From: a virus
IMG/VR virus record: IMGVR_UViG_3300030380_006185
Location: 92,274 to 156,273 of that record
Direction: 5' to 3' (one strand)
DNA: 64,000 nucleotides
Shown here in pieces: positions 37,636 through 48,793 of this stretch. The position numbers and the translations under genes are program-made. The notes below the pieces were generated by a model. It searched no databases. It was not told where the DNA came from and saw nothing but the letters and a program-made list of their open reading frames with translations. Every line of letters begins with the position of its first letter. Position 1 is the stretch's first letter.

Positions 37636-40600
37636 TTAAACAGATCCCCAATATTCAAAGTGCCAAATTTCATCTAAACCACCATTATCAGCTAATCTAT
37701 GTGGATTATACCAACCATATTTAGCACCAATAGAAGCTATATCATAATATGCCTGTGTTTTTCTACCTTCTAAATTAGTAGCAGGGTCTCCACTTCCACC
37801 TATAACTCTATAAAGATTACCAAAATCTAAAGCACCTCCCCAACCATGAGGAGATGATCCAGCTTTAGCAATAGTGTTTCCAGGTCCTAATCCCTCTTGA
37901 TGAACTACGCTTCTATAAGCACTAGATACTCTAAAAGGTATTCCTTTTGTTTTCATTTCATCTCTCCACTTGTACCAAGCTTTAGCTGCTGAAGGGTGGA
38001 GCATATATTCTGCTCTTTTAGTTGCAGGATTAATATAATATTTAGCTGCACCTTGGGTTTCTCCTATAAATACTAAAACTTTAGAATCAGTTTGTTTTAA
38101 TTTACCATTTTCTTGTTTATTAGTTCGTTGTTGTCTAGCAACTGGGGATGAAGAATAGCTTATTGCTCCTTGTCTTGTAGGATTAATAATTGGAGCTTGG
38201 TCTTCATTAAATGCTCTTTCAAGATTTGCAATAGCAGCAGCTTGTTGAGGCGGTAACTTTTTACGGTATTTATTTGCTTCTGTACTTGCTACTTTTTCCC
38301 ATTCACTTACATCAGTAGCAATAATATCTAAAATTTGTGATTGCATTTTGGTATAAGTATCAAAATATTTAAGGATTTTATTGTCTCTTATTATAGATTC
38401 CCTTGAAACCATGACAGTAGCTAATTTAGTTTCCCAGTCGTTATTTTTTATACTATGATCTACATTTTTTAAAATAAATTTCATAGTGTTTGTATAGTTT
38501 TTTGGAAGAAATCTAGTGTCTATATTTAAAGAATTATATATTTTAAACCCGGATATCCCATCCATTGTTAAACCAAAACTAATAGGTAAAAATCCTTGTG
38601 AAGGTGATGAGTATGCTTTATCTGATATAGTAAATAATCTAGCATTAATATATTTGTAAAATTCTGTCCCTATAGCAATATTAGAATTTATAGCATCTGC
38701 AGATAAAGTAACTAATTCAGGGTTACCTGCAAGACCTACAGCATCAGCTGCGTCTTTAAAAAAACCTTCTGTGATTGATTGTGGTGCTGTATATCCAAAT
38801 CCTTTATGTTTACTACTCCATATATCTCTTTTATAACTTATTAAAGGATCTAAATGATCTCCATTATCATCCCTAGCATCTTCTTCTTGTTCAACCTCTA
38901 ACTTTTCTTTAAATGGGTCAACCAAACCTTGGTTCCATTTTGAAAAAGCTGTAGCTTCTGTTCCTTTTACATATCCTCCAGCTGTTGCTCCTATAGTAAT
39001 AGTAGTAGCTAAGTTATTAGTTAATTCTGTTTTTACATCAAAATTTCTAACAAAGTTTGATTCATATAAATTAGAATTGTTTGCTCCATCTGAGTATCCT
39101 AATATTCTAAATTGGTAAGCGTCTTCATAATCATCTCTTCTTAAACTACCATCAACAATATTTAATGTATTTTTTTCTTCATCTATTATAGGTTCTAAAT
39201 TATTAACACCTCCTAAAGCTTTATTTATATCAGTACACAAGGATGATATCATTTTAAATAAATTTAAATCTCCTTTATCATTTTTATTACTATCAATAAT
39301 TTTATTTATATGTTCGGCATTTAAGTATATATTCATAGTACGTGCTTCAAGAGTATCTCCTACATGCCATCCAGGAAGTGAAGTATAATATTGTTTAGGG
39401 TTAAGTCCCTCAAAAAAATCATTAGAACCTATATCTTCACTACAACGTACTACACAAACTCTAGGGTCTAAGGAAATCTGGTGGGGGATTCTGTACATTT
39501 TATTTTCTTCAACACCAGTATCGATTTCTAGTATTTTACCTCCATTTGAACCTACATTTGTATCATAAGGTATAATAAATTTTCTTATATAATCTAATAA
39601 AAAACCAAATCTTATATATAACCCATTAGGGTTAATGGTTTTTGCGCCTGCTGCTGCATTGTCTAAAAGGTTATAATTGATATAAAACAAATCTTTAAGA
39701 TCTTGTCCAGCTTGTAACGCACTTCTATCTAGATTAACTTTAAAAAAAACTTCATAGTTGGGAATAAGATAAGAAGTAACACCTGCTATAGCACCTCCAA
39801 TTAAAAGAGATGTCCCAAGTGTAAAAGGAGCAAGTACAGCAGCTGTGACCCCTACTGCAGTGGATGCTGCAATATCTGTTGCCACATTACTTTTTATATA
39901 AACATAACTTCCAGGTTCTTGTATATTTTCTAATTCTGTTTTTGAGGATACTTGTTTAGCACTTGGGTAATATTTTTCAAGGTAATCATTAATTTCATTT
40001 TCAAAAGAAAATTCTTTATCACCTCTAATAGTCATAAAATTACCTATTTTAAAAGCACTATCAACAAAATTACTACTATATCCTTCTAAATTTTTATCAT
40101 CTAATGTACAAGGCACATCATTCCCATTTGTTAATTCATTATCACTTAATTCACTCAAACCTAATAGATTAAGAAATAAAAACGCAGAGATAGAATTATC
40201 AACTGGTTGGGGGGGTGTTTTATTAGCATCAACTGCTCCAGTTTCTGTCGTACCTTCTACATTATTTACTGATTGGAATAAGTTATAGGCTTCATTTATA
40301 AATTGTCCTACTGTTGATGTAGGTGTTAGATTACACTTTAAAGATTCTATAATATCCCCAAAAGTTTTAAGTTTTATAGTTATAGAATACTTTCCAGTAT
40401 CATCCACAGACCAATCATAATTTACTACTTTTCCTACAATTGCATCATAGTTACCATTTGTTGCTATTCTATAGTCAGAAATATATTCATAGAGTTGACG
40501 GAAACCTACCCCTTCAGTATTCCAAAAGTTATCTCTAAAAAAACCATCATCACTATCTACTATAGAAACTCCTAATGAAGATAATTGTCCTTCATTATCT

Positions 40601-41166
40601 ACATACAAAGACCACCCCCATTCTATAAACATAGTGTACCCTAATCTTAAATAAAGTAAATCTATTAATTTAAATTGCTCTGGGCCATATGCAAAAACTT
40701 TTACTGTGATATCTTTAATAGAGCCGCGGTTTAAAGCTTTTACATCTATACTTTCTATACCTGGCATAGGGACAGTACCGAATTGTGTGTAAACTTCACT
40801 AGTTGGATTTACACCATATATTCCATTTTCCATACCAAACAAATTATCAAATCCATTTTTACCGTTTACCCCACGAGGATTTACAATATTATTTTCATTA
40901 TCGTATTTCGCTGAAAGTCCTGAACTTAATATGTGTTGTTTGGCTAATCTTTTACCATCATATCTTTCATCTATATTTTCCTCTGCTCTTCTGTCTGGTT
41001 CTAGAATTACACTTGAAGCCATTTTTGCCCAAGCTGTTTTTGAATTTAAATAAGAAATCTGTTCAGGTGTACGTTTAGAATTTACACCTGTTCCATGAAC
41101 TTGTTGTCTAATATTTATTTGGTCTATTAAATATTGTTGTAATTCTTGTCCTATTAATTTTGGCAT
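37636..41166 (-). CDS. Baseplate hub-like protein with C-terminal M15 (VanY-like) peptidase
   Basis: PMPGIES..., GYTMFIEWGWS; C-terminal SAYRS, SPHGWGGALD, EIWHFEY. Confidence 0.7.
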   Translation of the reverse strand: MPKLIGQELQQYLIDQINIRQQVHGTGVNSKRTPEQISYLNSKTAWAKMASSVILEPDRRAEENIDERYDGKRLAKQHILSSGLSAKYDNENNIVNPRGVNGKNGFDNLFGMENGIYGVNPTSEVYTQFGTVPMPGIESIDVKALNRGSIKDITVKVFAYGPEQFKLIDLLYLRLGYTMFIEWGWSLYVDNEGQLSSLGVSIVDSDDGFFRDNFWNTEGVGFRQLYEYISDYRIATNGNYDAIVGKVVNYDWSVDDTGKYSITIKLKTFGDIIESLKCNLTPTSTVGQFINEAYNLFQSVNNVEGTTETGAVDANKTPPQPVDNSISAFLFLNLLGLSELSDNELTNGNDVPCTLDDKNLEGYSSNFVDSAFKIGNFMTIRGDKEFSFENEINDYLEKYYPSAKQVSSKTELENIQEPGSYVYIKSNVATDIAASTAVGVTAAVLAPFTLGTSLLIGGAIAGVTSYLIPNYEVFFKVNLDRSALQAGQDLKDLFYINYNLLDNAAAGAKTINPNGLYIRFGFLLDYIRKFIIPYDTNVGSNGGKILEIDTGVEENKMYRIPHQISLDPRVCVVRCSEDIGSNDFFEGLNPKQYYTSLPGWHVGDTLEARTMNIYLNAEHINKIIDSNKNDKGDLNLFKMISSLCTDINKALGGVNNLEPIIDEEKNTLNIVDGSLRRDDYEDAYQFRILGYSDGANNSNLYESNFVRNFDVKTELTNNLATTITIGATAGGYVKGTEATAFSKWNQGLVDPFKEKLEVEQEEDARDDNGDHLDPLISYKRDIWSSKHKGFGYTAPQSITEGFFKDAADAVGLAGNPELVTLSADAINSNIAIGTEFYKYINARLFTISDKAYSSPSQGFLPISFGLTMDGISGFKIYNSLNIDTRFLPKNYTNTMKFILKNVDHSIKNNDWETKLATVMVSRESIIRDNKILKYFDTYTKMQSQILDIIATDVSEWEKVASTEANKYRKKLPPQQAAAIANLERAFNEDQAPIINPTRQGAISYSSSPVARQQRTNKQENGKLKQTDSKVLVFIGETQGAAKYYINPATKRAEYMLHPSAAKAWYKWRDEMKTKGIPFRVSSAYRSVVHQEGLGPGNTIAKAGSSPHGWGGALDFGNLYRVIGGSGDPATNLEGRKTQAYYDIASIGAKYGWYNPHRLADNGGLDEIWHFEYWGSV

Positions 41167-41187
41167 TTTTATAACATTTTATATTTT

Positions 41188-41559
41188 TTAATACCCTCCA
41201 CCAGAACTATTATTTCCTTTTTTACCTATATTAGGAGTTGATTTATAACTGTTAATAGATGCAAAATTAGATAATATCTGTGGTAGCCTTGAACTTGATG
41301 GTATTCTAATTTGGGCACCTATTTCAGGTACTAAAGAATCAGGGGTTGTACTATTAACATTAGCTATAGATATTATCCACCATAAAGAACTATTTCCATA
41401 ATAAGCTTGGGATAAGATATCATATCTATCACCTCTAGTAGTATACAAATAAGTATCTGAAGTATCACGGGGGATTTCAGGGTATTTTACATTCTGGTAT
41501 CTTTTAATGGGAGACTCAGGTGTTGAAAAGGTTTTAAAAGGTTGATATCTATTTGACAT
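41188..41559 (-). CDS. LysM-like baseplate wedge protein
   Basis: GDRYDILSQAYYGNSSLWWIISIAN...GAQIRIP. Confidence 0.75.
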   Translation of the reverse strand: MSNRYQPFKTFSTPESPIKRYQNVKYPEIPRDTSDTYLYTTRGDRYDILSQAYYGNSSLWWIISIANVNSTTPDSLVPEIGAQIRIPSSSRLPQILSNFASINSYKSTPNIGKKGNNSSGGGY

Positions 41560-41574
41560 AATTTTTATTTATTT

Positions 41575-44340
41575 TTAATCCATAAATGACATATCAGATA
41601 AATCGGTATTATAAGTGTAGGTTGGATTAGCAAAACTTTTTTGAACATCTTTAGCTTGTCTACTGTAATAATCCTGACTGAATTGTGTACCAACATTTGC
41701 AGCGGTCATTGAGTCTTGTATTATTGGGTCCATTTTTATTTCATTTGGATTGTATTGGGAAGTACCTAAAGCTTGCACTTTTTTTCTTAAAGCATCTACA
41801 TCTATTACATCTTCTGATGTATCAACTACTGTAGTTGTTGGTGGTGGTACAGGTTCAGTTAAAGTTTCTTTATCCCTAGTAGTTTTTAATGGGACTCCTG
41901 AGTATGGTAGTCTCATGTTATGGGTAATATATCTATTATGGTTACCAACTTCAGGTCTAAAGTCATGGATTGGTGTAAAGTTCATAGAAACATCAATCAT
42001 AAAAGGTAATTCATCTAACCCTTTACCTTCACCAATAATTAATTCCCAAGAAGATTCAGGGGGTATTTTATAACTTAGTGAAGTTATAATTCCATACTGC
42101 TCATAAACGTATTCACCTAATGTAAGTAAAGCAATGTTTCCAGCCATATACCCATTAGCTGAATAAGCTGGGGCTAAAGATGATGCTAAGTAATTAAGTT
42201 TTGAGTATATAGCAGGCATCTCAGCTTGAGACATAACAACAACTTTAAAACTTAAACTCATTTTGCGATCAAACCCATTATATTTATAAAGTTTTTCTGC
42301 TCTTCCCATATATTTTTGTCCACTCCATTCAGCAGTATAGTCATCACTAACATCTTCTATAAGTGCTCTAAAATTCATGTAAGCTGCATTTTGTGGGATG
42401 AATGGGTCTAATACCCCTATTCTAAAATGAGCAAAGTCATTTGCATTTTTCCTATATTGGTAATCACCTTTTCCTGTTTTGCCAGTATAAGGTGCTTTTG
42501 CATTAATTTTATCTAAAGCTTTAGTTCTACTTCCTTGAGTAGCACCAGGATCACCCGCATGTACTCTATTTTCTAAAACTATTTTGGGAAATCTATCATC
42601 AGTAGTATTAGCTGTGTATACAATATTACGTTTAGATAAAATTTCATTTAAGGTTGGGGTTAAGTTATTAATATAATCTCTTCGTGGAATTAAAGTAGGT
42701 TTATTATCCTCTCCCCTTTTATATACACTTCTGTTTTCATCTCCAAAGTAAAAGTTAGCATCACCTCTTGTTAAACCTTTTCTTGAATCTCCTAAACCAG
42801 AGGATAAGATTTGAAGTGGTCCATCAATATTATCAGGGTCAAATTGTGCAGCTTCTAAATCAGCTATTTCTTTTTTAAGTTTATCTATATTAATATTTAT
42901 TCTAGCTACAGCTGCTGCTTTTTCAATTTCATTATACTCTTCAAATTCTGTTACTTGAATATTAGTTAGTGAATTATAACCACTTTGTAAAAATGATCTT
43001 GAAATACCTGAACTATTATTTAAGGCTGACATATAACTTTGGGAAGGGGTAAAATTCTTTAGTTTTATTTTTTTACCTAAAAGTGGGGTGTTTTTAGAAG
43101 CTTCGGCATTTTGTATTCTTGTTTTTAATGCTTTAATTTTTTCTTTTTTGATTTTTTCATAATCAATTTTAAAACCTTCTATTGTACTTTCAACTAAAGG
43201 TTTAATTGCTATGTTATATGCAGTAGAAGCTTTTATTGGGAATTGGTTTTTTTCTTTTTGGTGGTGTCTGCCTGGGATTTTAATAGAATAATCCATGGAC
43301 ATTTTTCCCATGTTTTTAACTCTATTATATAAAGATTGATATGTATTAAATCCTATACCTTTTAAATTACTTGGGTCAGAGGGAAACTCATTACTTACTA
43401 TTAAAGAAGCATTATCTGTGCCATATATACTAATTGGAACAAATTTACTATAGTCTAAAGAATCTTCAAATATAGGAACTCCATCAACATAGTTGATATA
43501 TGTTTTATTAGAAGGTAATATTTTACCACTTAGATATTCACCACGAGTTCTTTCATCTTTATAAAAAGAACTGTTTATACCTGTTCTTAAAGGAGTAACC
43601 CCATCAGGCATAGTAGCAAATTTAATACCTGTTTCTCCTATACCTAAAGTAGATCCAGCTCCACCACTATATTTATAAAGTAGTTCTGGGAATAGTTCAA
43701 ATTGATTGAGTTGTTTTGTACTCCAAAAATTTAAAAGTCTATTAGAAAAGCTATTTTCACCTGTGTATTCTATATTCCCTTTGGAATTTGTTTTAGCTGA
43801 ATTGTTTTCAGGTTTGTTTAATATGGAAGCAACTTTTGAATATGGAGTAATAGAAAGATTTTCTTTAATTCCAGTTGGGTCAATACCTTGTTTATTTAAG
43901 TGCCCTCCTATAAAATTCCCAGCTGCTTGTAGTATAGTTGAAGCGGGGGTGTATATACCTTCATTAATTGTACCTTTACCATATGCAATATTAGGAGAAT
44001 AAGCACTACCTCCACCAAAATCATCAGGGGATGTTGAAGCGACTTCTGTTTTTGTTGATATTCTTGAAAGGAGATTTTGTTTTGCTGTAAAAAGAAGACC
44101 ACTTGGGTTTTTAAAATCAAAAAAGTATTTTGATAACCTTGCAGTATCATCAAGTGCTCTTAAAGGAGCTCTAAGTCCCCCTCTAAGTAAACCATCCCCA
44201 TCTAAAGCAGATAAAGGTTGATTTGAAATTGGTTTTTTAATATAGGGTTGCCCACTATCACCACCTCCTGGTCTGTCTTTACCAAATTTTAGTGATTTAA
44301 ATGAGGTATCCCCATTATTTAATTTTATTAAAAGACCCAT
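41575..44340 (-). CDS. Baseplate / tube-initiator-like structural protein
   Basis: C-terminal W...YMGRAE..Y.YNGFDRKMSLSF module; follows the tape measure gene. Confidence 0.55.
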   Translation of the reverse strand: MGLLIKLNNGDTSFKSLKFGKDRPGGGDSGQPYIKKPISNQPLSALDGDGLLRGGLRAPLRALDDTARLSKYFFDFKNPSGLLFTAKQNLLSRISTKTEVASTSPDDFGGGSAYSPNIAYGKGTINEGIYTPASTILQAAGNFIGGHLNKQGIDPTGIKENLSITPYSKVASILNKPENNSAKTNSKGNIEYTGENSFSNRLLNFWSTKQLNQFELFPELLYKYSGGAGSTLGIGETGIKFATMPDGVTPLRTGINSSFYKDERTRGEYLSGKILPSNKTYINYVDGVPIFEDSLDYSKFVPISIYGTDNASLIVSNEFPSDPSNLKGIGFNTYQSLYNRVKNMGKMSMDYSIKIPGRHHQKEKNQFPIKASTAYNIAIKPLVESTIEGFKIDYEKIKKEKIKALKTRIQNAEASKNTPLLGKKIKLKNFTPSQSYMSALNNSSGISRSFLQSGYNSLTNIQVTEFEEYNEIEKAAAVARININIDKLKKEIADLEAAQFDPDNIDGPLQILSSGLGDSRKGLTRGDANFYFGDENRSVYKRGEDNKPTLIPRRDYINNLTPTLNEILSKRNIVYTANTTDDRFPKIVLENRVHAGDPGATQGSRTKALDKINAKAPYTGKTGKGDYQYRKNANDFAHFRIGVLDPFIPQNAAYMNFRALIEDVSDDYTAEWSGQKYMGRAEKLYKYNGFDRKMSLSFKVVVMSQAEMPAIYSKLNYLASSLAPAYSANGYMAGNIALLTLGEYVYEQYGIITSLSYKIPPESSWELIIGEGKGLDELPFMIDVSMNFTPIHDFRPEVGNHNRYITHNMRLPYSGVPLKTTRDKETLTEPVPPPTTTVVDTSEDVIDVDALRKKVQALGTSQYNPNEIKMDPIIQDSMTAANVGTQFSQDYYSRQAKDVQKSFANPTYTYNTDLSDMSFMD

Positions 44341-44359
44341 TTATATGTATATTTTTTTA

Positions 44360-44572
44360 CTATTCAGGTGGAGTATCCAAATATTTTGGAGGAGTAGTAC
44401 CATCTAAATCTAATTCTGAAGGAGTTGGGAAACCAGGCATTGTAGGGTTTCCATTAATTGAATAAGTTTTATGTAGAGTTGATTCTGCTTGGCTAGGGGC
44501 AGATGGAGGAGTTTCTCCATTAAGTCCACTTAAATCAGATCCTTCTTGTTGTAATTTATTTAAAATTCCCAT
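44360..44572 (-). CDS. Small structural-region protein
   Basis: Late promoter motif at 44587. Confidence 0.55.
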   Translation of the reverse strand: MGILNKLQQEGSDLSGLNGETPPSAPSQAESTLHKTYSINGNPTMPGFPTPSELDLDGTTPPKYLDTPPE

Positions 44573-44610
44573 GGTTATTGTTTTATTATAAATATAGTAA
44601 ATTGTTAAAA

Positions 44611-47286
44611 TTATTGAATTGCAATCCCAGAAACTTGATTAAATTTAAATGCTCCTGATAGATTTTGGTTTAATTGAGATATTCCTGCTACAATATCACC
44701 ATTTCCTACAGGTTTTGATTCTGAGGGTTTTGAAGTTGAATTTGCTACTTGAATTTGACCTTTAGGGGCAGATACCATATCATCAGCAAATAAATCAGTT
44801 CCTGCTATAACAGTGTCTTTATTATTTAATTGAATTGCTCCTTCAGGTCCAAATAAAGTACGATCACCATATCCACCAGTACCCTTTCCAGGAGAAAGAA
44901 CATCATCACCTTTTGATACACCTGCAAGAAGGCCAAATCCTGCTGATAAAATTCCAGCTGCTGCGATTCCACCTAATACTGATCCCACAATAGGAATTGC
45001 AGATAATGAAGCGAATGCTGAGTATGCAGCCATAACAATAGCAATACTAGCTATTCCCTTTAGAATTTTTCCAACTATACCCAAATTAGGGAGAAACTCT
45101 CCTATTTTTTCTCCTACCATTGTAAATCCATCCCCTATGAATCCTATAAATTCAGCTATTTTTTTTATAGGATATAATATCATTTGAACCATTGCAACAA
45201 AAGGTGGAAGAATATTTTGTATAATATTCACAAGAGGATCAACCATTTGTAAAATAGGTTCAGCTATAGTTACAAAAATTTCTTTCATTTGTTCTAATGA
45301 ATCATTAAATCTTTGTTGGATGTTTTGTTGCTTAACCATTTGGTCAAGTTGTCCATCTTTTAGCATTTGGGCAGCTTTTTCAGCACCATATTTTTGCTTG
45401 GCTGCTTCATAAGCTTCTTTTTCTTTATCACTTAACTCTCCACCTATAGCTGCTAGAGCTTCTTGTTCTATAAGAACCCCAGCTAATTCATCTCTAGACA
45501 TACCTGCAGCTTTAGCAAAAGCTTCTTGAGCTATACGATTCATCTTACCAAAATCTTTAGCTGTTCCTATTTGAGAAGAAATTTCTTGTGCCATTCCTGC
45601 TAAATCATTATCTAAAGCTAGTTGTCGAGCTTTTTCAAAATTTAGGTCTTTACCTGTAAGTAATTCAGCTTCTAATTCAGAAGCTATAGAGGATTCAAAA
45701 TTTAATAATGAATCAGCTATCCCTTCAAGCTTACCAAACTCCATTCCCAAAGATTTTACTATAGTCATTTGTTTAGCTAAACCTTCTACTCCCCCTTCTA
45801 CTGATAATTTTGCGGCATTTGAAATATTTGCCATATCAGCCATTAACTGTTTAGTATTGACTGCTACACCTAATCTATACGATTCTATTTTTGCGGTTGC
45901 TTGGAATGTTTCAAATGAGTCTTTATATCCTTTACCTGTAGCTGCACCTATTTTAAATAAAGCATTTTGGGTGTCATAAGAAATTCCTGCTTGTTTATTT
46001 AATTTAGTCATAGTGACTAAAGTTTCTTCAGAAACCATACCACTAGTGCCCATTTCTTGGTTAACAGCCATTAAGGATTCTTGTAAGCCTTTAGTATTTA
46101 CGGCAGAATCCATTGCAGAAGTAGCTATACCACGTAAGTTATCTCTTACTCTTAGGGATTCTTGATAAGACATATTTAATCCCTTAGCTAACTCTCCTGC
46201 TTGTTGATCTCCAGATATGAGAGCATCAACAATCATTTTAATTGTTCCAAGTATAAGAGTTGCAGGGCTTAATAAGTTTGTCATTAAAGACTTACCTAAT
46301 GATTTTACACCACCTTTTAAAACTTGGAATTGTTTACCCATTTTAGATAAACCAGCATTTTTTTCACTTATAGCATCTTTTTCTGCTAATAAATCTTTTA
46401 ATCCTTTTCCACCAAATCCTGCTTTAATTTGTTTATCTGAAAGTTTTCCTCTTTTTTCTGCAAGTTCATCTTCTAAGTCTGATTGGCGTTTTATATCATC
46501 TGCTATATCTTTCGATATGCTTTTCATTTTCTTTTGTGCCTCATCTAAACCTAGTTTTTCACCAAGGCTGCCTAGTCCTAATTTATTTAAAGCTGCTCCT
46601 AATCCTTGAATACTTGCTGCTCCTACATCAAAATTGTCAGCAACATCTTGTGTATATTTTTCAGCACTATCTAATTCTTTATTTAATACAGTTAAACCGG
46701 CATTTTGATCATTTAACAGACTTGAAACTTGAGCATGGTTTTTTTCTATAAAACCTAACTGTTTTTCAAGTTTTTTAGCTTCATTAAGTTCTTTTATATA
46801 ACTTTTACCTGATATCTTTCTTTGAGCTACTATAGCTTTTTGAGCTGTAATTTGAGATTGGAGTTCAGCAGATTCTCTTTCTAAACCTATTTTAGAATCT
46901 TGTAATCTATTTTTTTGAACTTTTGCTAAATTTTTAAGATTTTGAATCTCTTTTACAGATAAATCTGAATATCCTTTTTGATTATCTTGGAGTTTTTGGG
47001 CAATACTTAATAAACCACCCATTGCCTTTTTAGACTGGCTTATTGAATTAGAAGATTTTTTAAGGCTACTTAATATATCGTTAAATGAGCTTATAGATAC
47101 ATCTAATTCAGAATTAAATTCTTTTTGTTGTTGAAGTAAATCTCTATATATAGAATTTATTGCTTCAGCATTTTGCTCAAGAGGTTTTAAATTAGCAGTA
47201 TTTATATTTTTACCAAATTGGCCAGAAAGTCTTTCAATGGTTTTTATTTTTCTTTCTAATTCTTCTATATCTTTTTTAAGAGCCAT
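44611..47286 (-). CDS. Tape measure protein
   Basis: 891 aa Ala/Leu-rich helical protein with hydrophobic segment; follows the chaperone pair. Confidence 0.8.
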   Translation of the reverse strand: MALKKDIEELERKIKTIERLSGQFGKNINTANLKPLEQNAEAINSIYRDLLQQQKEFNSELDVSISSFNDILSSLKKSSNSISQSKKAMGGLLSIAQKLQDNQKGYSDLSVKEIQNLKNLAKVQKNRLQDSKIGLERESAELQSQITAQKAIVAQRKISGKSYIKELNEAKKLEKQLGFIEKNHAQVSSLLNDQNAGLTVLNKELDSAEKYTQDVADNFDVGAASIQGLGAALNKLGLGSLGEKLGLDEAQKKMKSISKDIADDIKRQSDLEDELAEKRGKLSDKQIKAGFGGKGLKDLLAEKDAISEKNAGLSKMGKQFQVLKGGVKSLGKSLMTNLLSPATLILGTIKMIVDALISGDQQAGELAKGLNMSYQESLRVRDNLRGIATSAMDSAVNTKGLQESLMAVNQEMGTSGMVSEETLVTMTKLNKQAGISYDTQNALFKIGAATGKGYKDSFETFQATAKIESYRLGVAVNTKQLMADMANISNAAKLSVEGGVEGLAKQMTIVKSLGMEFGKLEGIADSLLNFESSIASELEAELLTGKDLNFEKARQLALDNDLAGMAQEISSQIGTAKDFGKMNRIAQEAFAKAAGMSRDELAGVLIEQEALAAIGGELSDKEKEAYEAAKQKYGAEKAAQMLKDGQLDQMVKQQNIQQRFNDSLEQMKEIFVTIAEPILQMVDPLVNIIQNILPPFVAMVQMILYPIKKIAEFIGFIGDGFTMVGEKIGEFLPNLGIVGKILKGIASIAIVMAAYSAFASLSAIPIVGSVLGGIAAAGILSAGFGLLAGVSKGDDVLSPGKGTGGYGDRTLFGPEGAIQLNNKDTVIAGTDLFADDMVSAPKGQIQVANSTSKPSESKPVGNGDIVAGISQLNQNLSGAFKFNQVSGIAIQ

Positions 47287-47325
47287 CTAAGGATATTTTA
47301 TTATAAATATTTAAGGATATAATCT

Positions 47326-47623
47326 TTATTTATAAGTTGAGGGGCGTTTATTTTGTGCACCTTTTAAAAACTGTGGTGCTTTTACTTTACCATCTGCACC
47401 AATAACAGTTTTAGATCCAGGTTTTGAAGAATTTTCATATGCTTTTTTCTCTTCATCGTAGAATTTTTGAATTTCATTGAATGTAAAGCGACGAAGCCAT
47501 ATAGGCATAGTATACACTGTCTCCCAGTCATACCCACCTTTACCATGAAATACTATTTGATGTATTTGTTGAAATATTGCAGCTCTGGTTTCAGCTACTG
47601 TATTAGAAGTCAGGCCAAAAAAA
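47326..47623 (-). CDS. Tail assembly chaperone second frame (gpGT/gp51-like), probably expressed by frameshift
   Basis: IVFHGKGGYDWETVYTMPIWLRRF; overlaps the upstream gene at a T7 run. Confidence 0.6.
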
Positions 47624-48331
47624 GTTAACCCCAACTGGAATATTGACTCTATTTTCAGCGCCATCGGGAAAAAAAGTTAGATCAACATCGGGTTGAATTT
47701 CTTTAACATGTTCTCTTAATGCTCTTGAATCTTTGGCTAAGAGATAATTATCAACAAAATCTCGAATGTCTTTTGTTTCTGTCTTCCCCTCCACAGAAGT
47801 AATCATATATTTTAAACGAGTTGTTAATTCAGGAGAAGCATCTTTATTTATCTTTTTTAAACTATCTAGTTCACGTTGAACATCTCTTTCATCTTTATGA
47901 GTTAAAAGTTTAAAAGTAATGTGATTTTTGGAATGTGGGAGAGTAAATTCAAACTGATTTTTTCCTTCTTTAAATAAAGATTCATCTATATCTTTATTTT
48001 CAATTTGTGATAAATCAACTATTTGATCTTCCCCAGCATATGAAAATTTATATTCTGATCCATATCCTAGAATACGGGCGGCAACCATAATTGCATTTTT
48101 ATCTCCTACTAATAATGAACTATAATCAACTTTAGATACAATTAAAGATTGCATTAGTTTATCTAATACTGTTCCTTTTGAAATGTAAGATTGGTTAGTT
48201 AAGATATCTTCTTCTTTTGCGGTCATATATTTCATTTCTATTTTACCGCTTTTTAATCCTGATTCTTCAGAATATAATAATCCTTTTGAAGGTAACTCTA
48301 CAACTTCTGTAGGTAACTTAAATTCACTCAT
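47603..48331 (-). CDS. Tail/baseplate hub assembly chaperone (gp26-like)
   Basis: VELPSKG, YMTAKEEDIL, ends NFFWPDF. Confidence 0.7.
   Translation of the reverse strand: MSEFKLPTEVVELPSKGLLYSEESGLKSGKIEMKYMTAKEEDILTNQSYISKGTVLDKLMQSLIVSKVDYSSLLVGDKNAIMVAARILGYGSEYKFSYAGEDQIVDLSQIENKDIDESLFKEGKNQFEFTLPHSKNHITFKLLTHKDERDVQRELDSLKKINKDASPELTTRLKYMITSVEGKTETKDIRDFVDNYLLAKDSRALREHVKEIQPDVDLTFFPDGAENRVNIPVGVNFFWPDF
47617..47623 (-). other. Putative ribosomal frameshift site (T7)
   Basis: AAC TTT TTT TGG (frame 0) versus ACT TTT TTT GGC (+1). Confidence 0.55.
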
Positions 48332-48372
48332 AATTTTTATTTAAAATAACTTTATTGTTTGATATACATATA

Positions 48373-48744
48373 TTAAATCTGTGAGATATTATCCTCTCCT
48401 ACAAAGAAAGCTTTAACTCCTGGTACTTTTCTAATATCCTGGGCTATTTCCATCATTTTTTCTCTGTTAAATCCACCTTTTGTAATCCAAGGGTATCCAT
48501 CTACTTTAACACTTAATATAGCTTTAAATTTATTTAAATTTTGATCAGCATAAGCAAGTGGTTCTGTTGATGAAATAACAGTAATTCCAGGAATTGCTCT
48601 AATATCAGAATATATTTCTTTTTGAGGGCGTTCTTTAATGTCAGTAATTAAAGTACCTACCATTTTGTATTTATCTTGATAGTCCTCATTTATAGCTTTT
48701 TTTAGCTCTTCTTTTACTAACGTACGTAAACTATTATATTTCAT
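48373..48744 (-). CDS. Hypothetical protein with leader-A-like N-terminus
   Basis: MKYNSLRTLVKEELKKAINE; late promoter motif at 48759; start moved. Confidence 0.65.
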   Translation of the reverse strand: MKYNSLRTLVKEELKKAINEDYQDKYKMVGTLITDIKERPQKEIYSDIRAIPGITVISSTEPLAYADQNLNKFKAILSVKVDGYPWITKGGFNREKMMEIAQDIRKVPGVKAFFVGEDNISQI

Positions 48745-48793
48745 TCGTGTGTATATGTTATAAATATAATAAAATCTAATTAGATAACCAAGG

